64,000 nt of DNA from Octopus vulgaris. Lineage: Eukaryota. Every line of letters starts with the position of its first letter. Position 1 is the first letter of the stretch. The stretch spans positions 47,058,001 through 47,122,000 of the forward strand of contig OX597835.1 of assembly GCA_951406725.2 (NCBI GenBank). The letters run 5' to 3'. Below the pieces are notes generated by a model that saw nothing but the letters and a program-made list of their open reading frames with translations, made no database searches and had not been told where the DNA came from. A program made the position numbers and the translations under genes. This document shows positions 40,796 through 54,975 of this stretch, in pieces.

Positions 40796-41160
40796 AGTGT
40801 TGGTGGTGGTGGTGGTGATGATGATGATGGTGATGATAGTGTTGATGGTGGTGGTGATGGTGGTGATAGTTGTAGTGACGCTGCTGCTGCTAATGATGAT
40901 GATGATGATTACGATGATGGTGGTGGTGGTGGTAATGGTGGTGGTGGTGGTGATGATCGTAGTAATGATGTTCTTAGTAATGATGACGATGTCAATGATG
41001 ATGATGATGATGACAATAATGATAATGTCTATGACGATGACGACGAGAACAAAGTGATGATGACGACGACGATGACAATGGTGGTTGTGTTGGCGATGGT
41101 GTTGGTGGTGGTGGTGGTGGTGGTGGTGGTGGTGGTGGTGGTATGGATTGTTAAGATGTA
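40497..41160. repeat. (GAT/GGT)n trinucleotide low-complexity block with a higher-order unit
   Basis: gatagtgttggtggtggtggt(gat)n repeated 3-4 times. Confidence 0.9.
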
Positions 41161-41369
41161 CAGGAAGGAGGTAATGATGTTGTCGAGCCTAATGAGCATA
41201 ATGATTACATCCAGTGATAATTAACATCGTTAAGAAGGAAGAAAAACTAAAGCACAACAACAGCAACAACAACAACAACGACAATAATGGCGACGACGAA
41301 GACAAATCAGGATTGTTCTACAAAACATCAACGAAAATCAAAATCTAAAATATTTATAGCAATCCGTAT

Positions 41370-41371
41370 GA

Positions 41372-41412
<41 letters not shown>

Positions 41413-41489
41413 TACTACTGCTGCTGTTGCTGCTACTACTACTACTGCTACTGCTTCTACTACTACTACTACTGTTGCTGCTGCTGCTT

Positions 41490-41525
<36 letters not shown>

Positions 41526-41526
41526 T

Positions 41527-41581
<55 letters not shown>

Positions 41582-41600
41582 GTTGCTGCTGTTGTTACTA
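41370..41600. repeat. (TAC/TGC)n trinucleotide repeat
   Basis: Direct reading. Confidence 0.95.
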
Positions 41601-41602
41601 CT

Positions 41603-43085
41603 TCGTTTGGCAGAATCGGTTGGGGGTCGGGAAAAAGGCTTCGTTATTTAGTTGGGAGTTCAAATTTCACCGAGGTCGACAGTGACTCTCCTTCACTCGG
41701 GTATCGATAGAATAATTTATCAATTAATTATTGGGAGTGGATGTGATTGACGATAATCCCCACACAAGATTTAAGGGCCTCTGGCAATATGGCAGAAATC
41801 ACGATTAACAATAAATGCAAAAATATAGAATCTAAAAGAAAATAAAGCACAGTAACAACAACATTAAGCAAAACTGCAATCGACCCGCTTGAATTACTGG
41901 TACAATCTATCTGGTGATAGCTCCCTTCTAGCCGATTTTATTCCCATGGAATGGATCCATCTGAGATGCTACGCATTGCGACCGTCTTTACGTTCTGGGT
42001 TCAAATTCCGCCGAGGTCGACGTTGCCTTTCATGTTTTTGCGGCCAACAAATTCAGTACCAGTGAAACACTGGGGTCGATGTAATCCACTAGACCCCCTC
42101 CCCACAAATTTCAGGCCTTGATCCTTTAGTAGAAAGGACTATTATAATAATGTTTAAGGCAGTGACCCGGCAGAATCGTTAGCACACCGGACAAAATGCT
42201 TAGCAGCATTCTGTCTGTCCTTATGTTCTGAGTTCTAATACTATCGTGGTCAACTTTGCATTTGATCCTTTCGGGGTCGATAAAATAAAGTACCAGTTGA
42301 TCCCTAGAGTCGATGTAATCGACTAAACCGATGCCCCGAAATTGCTGGCCTTGTGCCAAAATTTTAAACCATTATTATAATAATGTTTCTGGGTCTTTAC
42401 GTTCTGGGTTCAAATACCACCATTCATCTTTCGGAGATGATAAAATAAAGTACCAGTCATATACTGGGGTCGATGGAATTTGTCATCCTCAAAATTGCAG
42501 ACGTTTCACCAAAAGGACAAGGAATTATTCTATTAAGGATTTCAAATTTTGCCACAAGGGCAGTTGTTTAGGGGAAGGAGATGAGTCGATAATATCGACC
42601 CCAGTATTTCACACACATTATATACCTCCAGTAAAACACACACAATTTATCGACCCCGAAAGGATGAACGGCAAAGTCGACCTAGGTGGAATTTGAACTC
42701 AGAACGTAGCGACAGACGAAATACTTCTATGCATTTCGCCCGGCTTGCTAACGATTCTGCCAACTCGCCGCCTTAATAATCATTGTAACAATGCTTTCTA
42801 ACGTTCGTCCGCAATTAAGATGGTTGAGAGCACCTAATTAGATCTGAATTAATAGATTAATAGCCCTGAAGGCTGCGAGTTGGCACAATCGTTAATAGAA
42901 TCGGACAGAATGCTTAGCGGCATTCCATTGGTCTTTATGTTCTGAGTTCAAATTCCATCGAGCTTGACTTTGCCTTGCATCCCTTCAGGGTCGAGAAAAT
43001 AAACCCCATTTAAACAATGGGGTCGATGTAATCAACTTATCCCCTACCCTCAAATTGCTGGCCTTGTGCCAAAATTTGAAACCAA
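41603..43085. mobile_element. Cluster of about 6 SINE family B copies in mixed orientation
   Basis: Copies at about 41603+, 41985+, 42165+, 42395+, 42545-42780 (minus) and 42880+. Confidence 0.85.
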
Positions 43086-44077
43086 TATATTAATAGCACT
43101 TCTACGCCGACACTTGATCTACTAGAAGTAGCAACAAAATCACTCCAAAATCTCCCCCTACGCTCATAAAAAAGGAAGGACTCAGGATAAAGGCACAAGG
43201 CCTTATTATCTCAGGTTTACAACAAGTTTGAGTTTGAATCTTGGCTTTGCCCTTCATTTTCATTAACTGTCGCAAGTTACCATGTGAGGTTGTGGCTAGC
43301 ATGCCTTCTGGCATAGGTGAGGAGGACGGGAGGATTGCATTAGAGCGACGTGAAGTGGGGCACTTCCCGATAATGATGCTAATTAGACAAAGATCGATAT
43401 GGATTAACGTGTTCTATTAATAAAGAGGGCGCCACCGTCAATGTGTTACTGACACGACATTTCCACACTAGCGGTAAATACCTCATTTGTCTTTTTATTC
43501 AATCCTCTCTGCTCCCCCACCCCACCCTATCCTCTTCCATCCTACCCCCACCCCCCAGCTACACAGAATCAGCGCCGCATGCACTGCACGCGCTGATGCG
43601 CACAAATATACACGCATACACGCATACACAATCACAACCACGACAGAAGGATACGACTACAACACACGGACACACGGACGCGCGGACACACGGACACACA
43701 CCTGCACACATACGCGGACACGTCTTTTCTCGTGCTGGTTTCCAACAAACTGTGACGGTTAAACATGGCTGTTAACAAGCTACAACAATAGGAAGCAACA
43801 GCAACAACAACAGCAACAACAACAACAGCAACAGCAACAGCAGCTGCAAAAGTAGCAACGGCAGGAAAAAGAATATAGAAACAACAGAAGCAACAAGTCA
43901 ACGAGAGGGCCCACAGTTTGGTGGATCAATCTGCAAGAAATAGCAACTAAATCTCTCTCAACTCGCACACAAAAGGCTTAAGAAAAGAAGGATTGAGTGG
44001 CATCTAAGACGGGATGGTCATGGCTGAAATAGTCTGGCTCAGAGTAGATTTAGAGTTAAACATAAAAGAAACATAAG

Positions 44078-44475
44078 CGAGGCGTGGTTGTGTGGTAAGA
44101 AGCTTGCTTCCCAACCACATGGTTCCGGGTTCAATCCCACTTCGTGGCATCTTGCGCTGCTGTCTTTCTCCTATAGTCAACAACCGACCCAAAGCCTTGT
44201 GAGAGGATTCGGTAGACGGAAACTGAAAGAAGCCCGTCGTCTGTCGTGTTTGTGTGTGTGTATGTGTGTGTGTGTGTGTCTGTGTTCGTTCTCCACCACC
44301 GCGTGACAACAAGCGTTGAGGTGTTTACGTCTTCATAACTTAGCGGTTCGGCAGGAAAAACGATAGAATAAGTACCAGGCTTTGAAAAATAAATGCTGGG
44401 ATACATTCATTCGACCAAAAATATTCAAAACAGTGCTCCAGCATGGCCGCAATCTAATGACTGAAACAAGTAAAG
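44078..44475 (+). mobile_element. SINE family A
   Basis: Head and tail recognisable. Confidence 0.88.
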
Positions 44476-44819
44476 GAGGAACCTCAGTAATAAGAGAAGC
44501 AACTACAACAGTAACAGCAACAACAACAACCACCTTTAGCCTAAGGTGGTTCTTATTTAATAGACCCCTAAATAGCGTTTATTTTGTGAATATCCAGCAT
44601 TTTAACCAACGGTGCATCCCGGGCCACATTATCTAATGTATTATTCCTCTTGCAGAAAGGCTGGGTATAGTTAACTGTTGCTTCTAGCAAATTGAGAGAC
44701 TATGAAGAGACTCACTATTTGTTTCGTTGGTTTTGAAGGTTAATGAGTATTATGATGGCAGTCGTCGTGGAAAAGCTTTTCTATGTGATGAATCATCAAC
44801 TTTAAACATACTAAAATCT

Positions 44820-45836
44820 AATTTAGATTTAAAGAGGAAGCGTAGCTTATTTAACTTTATAAAACCTGTATCGTACCTTCAAGAATCATAAACGTAATTT
44901 TGGAAACAATTCCGTTATTAGACTTATTAAACCACCAAAATAGATATTATCATTTTTTTTTAAATCCAAGTTCAAAGATGTCATACAGCAAATCAGTTTT
45001 AGATATAGCGGTCGGAGAAGATTCTTCAGCTTTATAAAACCCATATCGTACCTTCAAGGTTCATAACGGAAATTTTGAAAACAACTCCACTATGAGACCT
45101 ATTAAACTACCAAAACAGATATAATAAACATCAAGTTCAAACTCGCCATGAATATATTCCAGAAAGATTCGAAATAAAAATGAAATAAGAAATCTTTGTA
45201 GTACCAGAGGGAACTGAAAATTTCTGTGAAATTAATAAACCCGCTAACATATATTTTTCTCAAACTTTACCCATGGCAGTTATAAGGAAACGAATTTTAT
45301 GACTTTAAATATTAACACCTACGAAAAAATGCAACAGATTTAAATACTGAAGATGCAGTAGACTCTATGGCTTTATAAAGCCCGTATTTTACTCTCAATG
45401 ATCATAACACAGTTTTGAAAACAATTCCACTGCTGGACTTATTATACTACCATAACAGATATCAAAATGAAATTAACTTCCCACTCACTCCTACCAGTTC
45501 TGCGATTTCTTGACTAAATTTCTTGTATGCCAATGAAGATCATAAATTTACCCAGTATGACATTAAAAATTACAATTTCTCGATTCACGAAACACTTTTG
45601 AAGAATGCATTTGATTTCACAAATGATTTGTTACCAATGGCTGCGTTGAAATTAATATCATTTTAGGAATCCCATTTATTTTATCATTAAAGCCTCCAAA
45701 TAGAAAAAAGTCGAATATTTCCTTGATATAAAAATGGGATAAGGGATTCACCTGAAATATGTAACAGTGGGGAATTGTATATCTTGTCCTATCAACAGTT
45801 CAAATTTCCTATATTCTCGGAGGTCTTTGTAGAGAT
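44820..45836 (+). pseudogene. Decayed Penelope-like reverse transcriptase with a triplicated N-terminal block
   Basis: Three copies of TFK(N/V/D)H..NFENN...RLI; then KFTQYDIKNYNFSIHETLLKNAFDF, FLDIKMG / DSPEIC..ELYIL, and GLCRDN, which matches the PLE GLYRDD catalytic motif across the SINE insertion. Confidence 0.65.
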
Positions 45837-46227
45837 GGATGGATGGAAGCACTCCGTCGGTTACGACGACGAGGGTTCCGGTTGATCCGAATCAACGGAA
45901 CAGCCTGCTCGTGAAATTAACGTGTAAGTGGCTGAGCACTCCACAGACACGTGTACCCTTAACGTAGTTCTCGGGAATATTCAGCGTGACACAGAGAGTG
46001 ACAAGGCCGGCCCCTTGAAATACAGGCACAACAGAAACAGGAAGTAAGAGTGAGAGAAAGTTGTGGTGAAAGAGTACAGCAGGGATCACCACCATCCCCT
46101 GCCGGAGCCTCGTGGAGCTTCAGGTGTTTTCGCTCAATAAACACTCACAACGCCCGGTCTGAGAATCGAAACCGCGATCCTATGAACGCGAGTCCGCTGC
46201 CCTAACCACTGGGCCATTGCGCCTCCA
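45837..46227 (-). mobile_element. tRNA-derived SINE family C, full length, with 12-bp TSD
   Basis: TSD ctttgtagagat at 45825-45836 and 46228-46239; head ggaggcgcaatggcccagtggttagggc...ggtttcgattctc; (GGAT)n tail. Confidence 0.92.
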
Positions 46228-46239
46228 CTTTGTAGAGAT

Positions 46240-46800
46240 AATGTTCAATAAATCCACCGTAATATTAACTATGAATAAATAATTTTTTTTTGTATCTATA
46301 ATGGTTACATAATACATTATTTCGTTTAGTCTGGTGACATTTATGTTTGTATCTGTTTTCATCAAGTATGCGATGACCAGGTTTAATTCTTTTTAAATTT
46401 TAATTGTTGCTATTTCATCCCTGATTTTCATACTTTGGATAAACTTTTTTTAGTGCTTAGAAAAGATCGATTGTTTCTTATTCTTTATTTCTTTTCCCAA
46501 TTTGATTTTCCTCATATTTACGAGTTCTCTCATTAGAACTACCTATTCTTAAATCTTTATCATCTCCTTTATAATTCACATTTTCTTTTGTATTGTCTTG
46601 GCTCAATTTCCATTACCCAGTACTCTATAAGTGTTCTGGTACCTGGTTTTGTTGTCTTCTCGGGATTATTCTATCTTACTTTTGTTACTCCCGTCTTTGT
46701 GGCTTACTCTCATTTTCTCTGAATTTCTTTCTGGTTCGTTATTCGTTTCTTCGTGATTAACAGCATTCCAACCTTGACCACCTCATCTTTTTTTCATAAA
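46240..46800 (-). mobile_element. Possible decayed non-LTR (R4-like) N-terminal fragment
   Basis: Minus ELNLVIAYLMKTDTNINVTRLNEIMYYVTII loosely resembles the pre-RT region of R4-type ORFs. Confidence 0.3.
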
Positions 46801-46840
46801 TAATATTTCTAAAATCACACTGTCCTTATACCTTCTAAAT

Positions 46841-47055
46841 CAGTGGTTCTCAGCCGGTGTCCACATGACCTCTTGGGATCCTTATATAAGATTTTGGGGA
46901 TCCACACAAGCGAAATAGTAAACTGGAGACATACATATGCTATGTGAAATGTCCATGAAATTATTTTACTTCAGATGTATTTACAGCAAGAAACAGTCAG
47001 GTTTCTTTCTCTGACGTTTTACATAGTTCAGCCTGCGCAAGTGAATGATGGGCAA
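46841..47055 (+). mobile_element. hAT/Charlie-like MITE, left part
   Basis: Starts cagtggttctcagccgg (Charlie-type CAGTGGTTCTCAA terminus); truncated by a SINE A head at about 47056. Confidence 0.55.
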
Positions 47056-47533
47056 AGGCGCAGGAGTGGCTGTGTGGTAAGAAGCTTGCTTCCCAAACAC
47101 TTACTCTCAAAACTAGATTATCCATCGTGTATTTTCAGTTTAAATGATGGTAGAATGATTCCATTGTTATTTCTAGAAAATCGGCCGATCTCGTAGTGAC
47201 TTCCTCGACAGAGTGTCATTGAAAGGTGGGTGAGAGTGGTGAATGATTGAATGGATCCGTGCTTGAAATGTTTATGAAGGTAATAGTAGTTGGACACTTG
47301 TTAGTCGAGGTGATTCGGACGTGTTGTCTTCGAATGCTTTGTCCTCCTTTTGGGACCGAAAACAACACAAAAAGAAAAACAATATTCAAATACACAGTTG
47401 CTACTTCTTTCTCCCGATTTCTCTCGGGATCTTTAATCTCTCCTTTGTTAGTCATGTGACATCCAACATCAGCTACTTTGGTGGAAAAATAAAGAAATTA
47501 TCATCATCATCAGCATCATCATCGTTATCACTC

Positions 47534-47603
<70 letters not shown>

Positions 47604-47689
47604 CATCATCATCATCATCATTCTAAATGCGGCGAGCTGGCAGAATCGTTAGCACACTGGGCAAAATGCTTAGCAGTATCTCGTCCTTC

Positions 47690-48900
47690 ACGTTTGACTT
47701 TTGGTTTGTATTTGTACAAGTTGGCTCCAAGTCTCATCCAGAGATCTCGAGAGACAAGTTAGAAGTTCATGTTGGTGTTATGCCTAGGGTGTCATATATT
47801 TGGTTTTGCACATATTATTGTTCTGGAGAATGTTTAAGAAAACATAAGAAAATTATGAGTTTGTTTTAAAATTTTAGATTACAGAGACAGTATTTTACGT
47901 AGGATAAGGGCAGTTCCCATGAGCACTATCTTTTGAATTTCTGCCATTTTTGTTTCTCCCTGGTATCTGAGCTAGGTAGCAATCAGCCCCTTTTGCTATC
48001 ATTCATAGGGCTCCTATAATAACAGGAATTGTTTTAGTCTTGAGGTTCCACATTTTTCCAATTTCTATTTTAAGGTCTTTATACTTGCTCAGTTTTTGGT
48101 AGGTCTTGAAAGATACATTTATGTCGATTGGAATAGTCATATCAATGAGGAGGCATGATTTTTGTCTGAAATCTTTCAGTATAATGTCTGGCCTTTTTGC
48201 ATCTATCTTTCTGTCAGTTTGAACGGTGAAATTCCAGAGGAGTGAGATGTGATCATTTTCAAGCACTGGAGGTGGTTTGTGTCCCCACCAGCTTTTATCA
48301 TGGGCCAAGTCCAGGTTTTTGCAAATTACCCATTGAATACATTGTGCTGCTCCATCATGTCTGTTGAGATACTCTGTAGGCACAAGAAGACTGCACATGG
48401 AGACAACATGACCAATGGCTTCATTTTGTTGTTGACATACACATGTTGGGCAGCTGCCGTTCTTTAATATGCTGGCCTGGTAATTCCTTGTAGGTAGTCA
48501 TTGATCTTGGGCCGCTATGATAAACCCTTCTGTTTCTGATTTTAAACTGGAAGACACTAAACATTGATGGGTAAGGGCTTTGTCAACATCTGCATTATTC
48601 TCTCTCTTTGGTGGGCATTTGCCATTCAGAGGTTTTTCTTGCCATTTATCAGTAAGAATATATAAGGCAGCAGTTTTAGCACGGGTTTTCATGCGTTTAG
48701 CTTTTTCTGTGTTTGTTTTCAGTACGTCTAATTCTGGAATTTGTTGTATTTGGAATTCACTTAGATATTCCTTTGTCTGTTTTGTTTCGGAGTATGATGC
48801 TTTCTTGTTTTCATGCTTTGAGACATGTTTTAGCATCCAGTCATCAGTGGTGTCCAGAAGTAAGAGCCAAGGACAATTGTGGCAATCTTCATTGTTGATT
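47690..48900 (-). mobile_element. R4/Dong-like RLE LINE, ~1.2-kb 3' part
   Basis: LKSETEGFIIAAQDQ; C..C...H...C knuckle; LLWNFTVQTDRKIDAKRPDII; CLLIDMTIP; KLSKYKDL; PVIIGAL; followed by the family 3'UTR; bounded by (GAA/AAT)n at the 5' junction. Confidence 0.9.
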
Positions 48901-49027
48901 CTAGTTATTATTATTATTCTAGTTGTTGTTGTTTCTCTTCTTCTTCTTCTTCTTCTTCTTCTTCTTCTTCTTCTTCTTCTTCTTCTTCTTCTTCTTCTTC
49001 TTCTTCTTCTTCTCATTATCCTTATCA

Positions 49028-49104
<77 letters not shown>

Positions 49105-49105
<1 letters not shown>

Positions 49106-49425
49106 TAACGCTGGAGATGTACCACAGTGTCAACTGTTCACTACCAGTGAGTAAGGTAACGCCTCTTGTTTTTCGAGCACCTTCTGAAGTATTCGAGCTG
49201 TTCCAAGCAGTGCTGTTTTCTGCAAGTACTCCACCCTTATTGCAGCCCCTTTTTGTTCCATGTACTTCTCAAGATTTTTACTCACTGTTCCCAGGGCCCC
49301 GACAATTATTGGTACTACTACCACCTTTTTCATCGACCACAACTGCTTAAACTCCCAAGCTAACCTGTCATATCTATCGATTTTTCTTTCTTTCTTATCG
49401 CATATCTTGTTGTCAGTTAGGCATG
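49105..49425 (-). mobile_element. Second R4/Dong-like subfamily, 3' end, in (AAT)n
   Basis: WSMKKVVVVPIIVGALGTVSKNLEKY...LQKTALLGTARILQKVL; simple-repeat arrays on both sides. Confidence 0.85.
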
Positions 49426-49443
49426 CTATATCTTCTTCTTCTT

Positions 49444-49745
<302 letters not shown>

Positions 49746-49785
49746 AAGGATTATTATTATTATTATTATCATTATTATTATTATA

Positions 49786-49862
<77 letters not shown>

Positions 49863-50594
49863 CATTATTATTATTATTATCATCATTATTATCATTATTA
49901 TCCCGGGACGTGACAATTGACAGCTGAGAGTGTTTTCTGAACGGGTGAGAGAAAGGGTTTGGCTGGTGGGTTTTCTTTTATTGATTTTTGTTCTCCTTTG
50001 TTTTCTTTCTTTCTCTCTTTCTTTCTTCTTGTTTTTTTTTTTTGTTTTTTATTTTTGTTTATGTTTTTGCCTGTCGTGTTAGTGAAAGCGGGTGGTTGGC
50101 TTGTCGTTCGGTCAGGTTGGATTTACCTGTGTTTACAGCAGTTTACACGGGTGGGAAATGGCTTAACCAGTTTTAATGCGTAAAGGAATTTCGTTGACTT
50201 TATTCAAATGTAGAGCTCACAAGCCACGGCCAAAAGCCATCCCTCCTCTTTCTATATGCATGTATGAGCGTATGTGTATATGTATGCGATTGTGTGTCTA
50301 TGTCTGTATGCCTCTATACGTGAGCATGAGTGCGTGCGAGTGTGTGCGGTGTGTATGAGCGTGCGTAATAGAGAGAGAGAGAGGGAGGTGGGTAGGAGAA
50401 ATAAAGTGTGTGCGTGTGTGTGTATGATTGTGTGTGGGAAGAACACGTATATATAAGCATATGTATATCAGTGTTGGTATATATACCATTTGTTGGATGC
50501 ATTCATATGCATGCATGTGCTTCTACAGACACACACACAGATACAAACATATGCACACACCTCCCTTACCTATATATACATAAGAATACGCATA

Positions 50595-50643
<49 letters not shown>

Positions 50644-50671
50644 GTGTATAATCAGTAATATATATATATGC

Positions 50672-50726
<55 letters not shown>

Positions 50727-50759
50727 TTCAACCAAAGATTGGTCCAGGCCATGTCTAAC

Positions 50760-51175
50760 TTAATAACATCACCTGATAGGATTAGCTAAATCCTTTTAAA
50801 GTCAAGTTTTGTGGGATCATGATCTATTCGAATAGGGAGTTCTTGTTGAGTGAGTTATATCCAGGTATAAGTGGCTTATCTGCTATTCCTTGAAGAAATT
50901 TGTCTAGATTCCGTTTAAAGGTGATGGGATCCTTTTCCTCTTTGATCTGTTTCGGGACAATGTTAAATAGGGCAGGGCCTGTTGAGGAAAAGAAATTGTG
51001 TTGCAGTGTATTTATGTGTTGTGATCCTGAATTGATTAAGGGACGTATGGCCTGTGATCCTAACCTTGGATGAAATTTGAAGCTAATATTAAAGGTCGTT
51101 TGGGCAATGCTGAGGGTATAGTCTCCACATCGTACAAACGATTCTGGATCCTACGTGCTATATCGACATTATTGT
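50760..51175 (-). mobile_element. CR1/L2-like LINE 3' fragment
   Basis: [11 protein letters not shown]...FFSSTGPALFNIVPKQIKEEKDPITFKRNLDKFLQGIADKP (G..L.N.LP...FK..LD.FL post-RT motif). Confidence 0.75.
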
Positions 51176-51318
51176 TGATATGTATGTGTGTATGTATGTA
51201 TGTATGTATGTATATATATATATATGTATGCATATATATATGTATGTATATATATATATACAAACACATATATATACATATATATATACATATATATATA
51301 CACATATATACATACGTA

Positions 51319-51369
<51 letters not shown>

Positions 51370-51399
51370 GCACATATATACATATATATATACATACAC

Positions 51400-51457
<58 letters not shown>

Positions 51458-51504
51458 GCATATATATATATAGGCATATGCATAGATTCACACACAAATA
51501 TATA

Positions 51505-51645
51505 TAGAGAATTCACAAAAAAAAAAACAAAAGACGAAGACAGGTGGTGTAGACAACAAATAGATGTATTAGTTTAACGCTCGGGAATTGAAAACAGTCT
51601 TTACCGTTTCGAGCCTACGCTCTTTCACAGAAAGGAACACAGAGA
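51505..51645 (-). mobile_element. pLTR-like element with a degenerate hammerhead (51599-51634)
   Basis: Minus cttt ctgtgaa a gagc gtag gctc GAAAC g GTA aag...gaattctc(TA)n; stem II arms gagc/gctc as at 21969-21979; the core is degenerate. Confidence 0.55.
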
Positions 51646-51656
51646 CGTACATGAAT

Positions 51657-51814
<158 letters not shown>

Positions 51815-51964
51815 TACATATACGTATATATGTACATATATATATACATATATATATAACGCTTATGTACACGCTGGCTAAAACGAACAGAGAATTCCGA
51901 ACGAAGTAAGTCCAGCTGAGATGTCAATGAATTTGTTATATTTATTTTGTTTATTCTTTTTTCT

Positions 51965-52200
51965 TTTACATGTTTCAGTCATTTGATTGCGGCCATGTAA
52001 GAACTCATTCTTTGTAAGCCTGGTAGTTATTTGATCGACGTCTTTTGCCGAACTGCTAAGTTACAGGGTGGTAAACATACCAACACTGGTTATCAATATA
52101 TACAAAAAAGACCGACAGAATAAGTCCTGGAGTCGATTCGTTCGACTAAGAGGCAGTGCTCCAGCATAGCCACAATCAAATGACCGAAACAAGTAAAATA
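51965..52200. mobile_element. Two SINE A tail fragments in inverted orientation
   Basis: gtttcagtcatttgattgcggccatg (minus copy) and catagccacaatcaaatgaccgaaac (plus copy). Confidence 0.75.
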
Positions 52201-53263
52201 AATTGAAACTGCATGTCAGGACAATATTCATTTTTAAGTGTCCTTCGTCCTGATTATCTTTATATTTCTATCCAAAACGTTTTTGACCAAATATCTATAT
52301 ACTGTTAGTCACAGCTTCATTTTCTTCGAGGTTTACCATTCTTAAAAATAATTATTTCCCATTCTCAAAATTTCTAATTGCTCATAACTTCACCAACATA
52401 CAATTCTCGCTGGTTAGAATAAATTTTTCTAAATGGATAAAAGAAAAAAAAAAGACTCGATGGACTGCTTTGGTTGAATGGTAGATCACTTGGTATGTTT
52501 ACAGAAGATGAGTTCGTGTCCCACGTGGAACCTTAGACGTTTTCTATTCAAAATGTTTTTCACCCAATATTTATACGCTATGCTTTGTAGCTTTATTTGT
52601 TTCGAGATTCTCCGTTCCTAAATATATACATTAGATTATCTACTTTGTCAAGGACTGACGAAGTGTGTGCTCGATATTTCTTGTAAAGTACAATATCAAT
52701 TTAGAGTGAATTTCATTGTCGTGCACCCCTGCAATCATCAGATAACTGAAAACCATAGCGGCCTGAAATACAAGTCATGAGTCAGAAAGTTTTCAGTTTC
52801 AACACACACAAACTCATACGCATACTCGCACATAACATTAGTCCTTGCTGTCTGGCGGGCCTCAGCCCACGCTGTCGTATGTATTGTCTGTTGTTGCATG
52901 CACGTATATAAGAAAATATATCTGCTTTGGATCCCCCCCCAAAAAAAAACCAGAAATAAACTACCACTGAAGAGGTGAATTTAAGTCGAAACTGCGTCTA
53001 GGTTTCTCCTAGCACCACTTGCAGATCGGTTCGTCTGGTTTTCGCACGTAAATTCTGTGGAAGGAAATATTTCCCTGAAACAAAGTCCCGCAGCCATTGT
53101 TTTTCAAGTTCTAGTGTGCAGAAGCAAGTTAAACATTAATTTATACATCATTAAATATATGCGTGTATGTGGACATACACACGTATATATATGTGCATAT
53201 ATGTGCGAGTATGTATGTATACGTGTATATACATACATATACAGAAATATATATGTGTGTGTG

Positions 53264-53302
<39 letters not shown>

Positions 53303-54178
53303 GTGTGTGTGTGTATGTATGTATGTATGTACATGTATGTATCTGTATATATGTATGTATTTTTTGTATATAAGTTTATATCCCTTCATGTATGTGTGTG
53401 TGTATGTATGCTTATATATATGTGCGTGTGTTTATATATGTATGCGTGTGTGCTTATATATGTATGTGTGTGTGCGCGTATGTTTATAAACGTGTACGTG
53501 TGTGTGTGTGTGTGCGTGTGTGTGCTTGTGTGTGCGTGTGTGTGTGTGTGTGTGTGGTATATATACTAAGCCAACCTAAGTGTAATCATTTTTTCACCCG
53601 TTTCTTTATATTGATTTTTATTTTTTTTTATTTTATTTTGTTCCTTTTTATTTTATTTTATTCCTTATTTGTTAGATTTTATTTATATATATTTTTTTGT
53701 TATTTATTATTTCCTTATTTTTACTTTAGATTTGTTTTTCTTGTTCACATTTTCGATATTTATTCGTTTTTGTTTGTTTGTTTTTTGTTGTTTCTGCCGA
53801 AAACCCGGTTTTGCAATCCATTGTGCCCGTTGCCGATCATCTGTTTAGATTTCGTGATCAGGGCTAAAGAGACACTCACGTTGTGGTAAGGCTGCGGGTT
53901 GAGGGACCGGTGGGGGGGGGGAGGCTAACTGTGGCTTAGAAGGGCATGTGAGTGGTGGCGGCGGCGGCGGTGGTGGTGGTGGTGGTGGTGGTGGTGGTGG
54001 TGGTGGTGGTGGTGGTGGTGGTGATGGTGGTGGTGATGGTGGTCGTGGTGGCGGCGGTGCGCATGGAGGCAGGCATGAAGGAATGAACAGGGGGTGGGAA
54101 CGATGTGGGAGAGAAGATTGGAGGAGAAAGAAGGAATAGAATCTAGAAAGAAAGAAAAAGAGAAGAAAGAGCCGAACT

Positions 54179-54278
<100 letters not shown>

Positions 54279-54357
54279 GAAGAAAGAGGAGAGAGAGGGG
54301 GAAGGAAAGAATAAAGAAATTGAGAAGAAAGAAAGAAAGAAAGACAGAAAGAAAGAC

Positions 54358-54424
<67 letters not shown>

Positions 54425-54732
54425 CGGTGAAAGAAAGGCCGAATTAAAGAGAGAACGAGGGAAGGGAAAAAGTAAGAAAAAAGGAAAGAAAGAGCAAGGA
54501 AGAAGAAAAGAAATAAAGAAGCAAAGAAGCAGAGAAAGGACGACAGGGAGAAAGAAAGAGAGAAGGACATAAAGAATGAAAGAAAGAAAGTGAATCTGAT
54601 CAGTCTGAAGAGTAGGTAAGGTTTGGCCTGGTGCCGGTTCTTGCTTAGCGGCAGGTCAACCATTATGAAGTGCAGGCAGACGGCTACATTAGCTCATGGA
54701 ATGGACTGCCTTTATTAATGACACTAATATTA

Positions 54733-54871
<139 letters not shown>

Positions 54872-54880
54872 CATTATTAT

Positions 54881-54975
54881 TCAGGTCACTGCCTGGAATC
54901 GAACTCGGAATCTTGGGGTTAGTAGCCCGCGCTCTTAACCGCTATGCCATATGTCCGTGGGCATATGGCGTAGTG

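Noticed and set aside
40292-41224. 310-aa Asp/Gly-rich ORF
   Set aside because: It is the translation of (GAT/GGT)n repeats running out of a (GT)n tract; no splice signals or domain.
43420-43440. AGAGGGCGC partial CTCF-like motif
   Set aside because: The 5' half of the motif does not match.
52635-52680. CTGACGA followed by a short stem
   Set aside because: GAAA is replaced by GATA and there is no stem I pairing.
53849-53885. 37-nt exon candidate (tgtttAG ... TG|GTAAGG; FVIRAKETLTL)
   Set aside because: Good donor but a short tract and no recognisable peptide; cannot be supported without RNA data.
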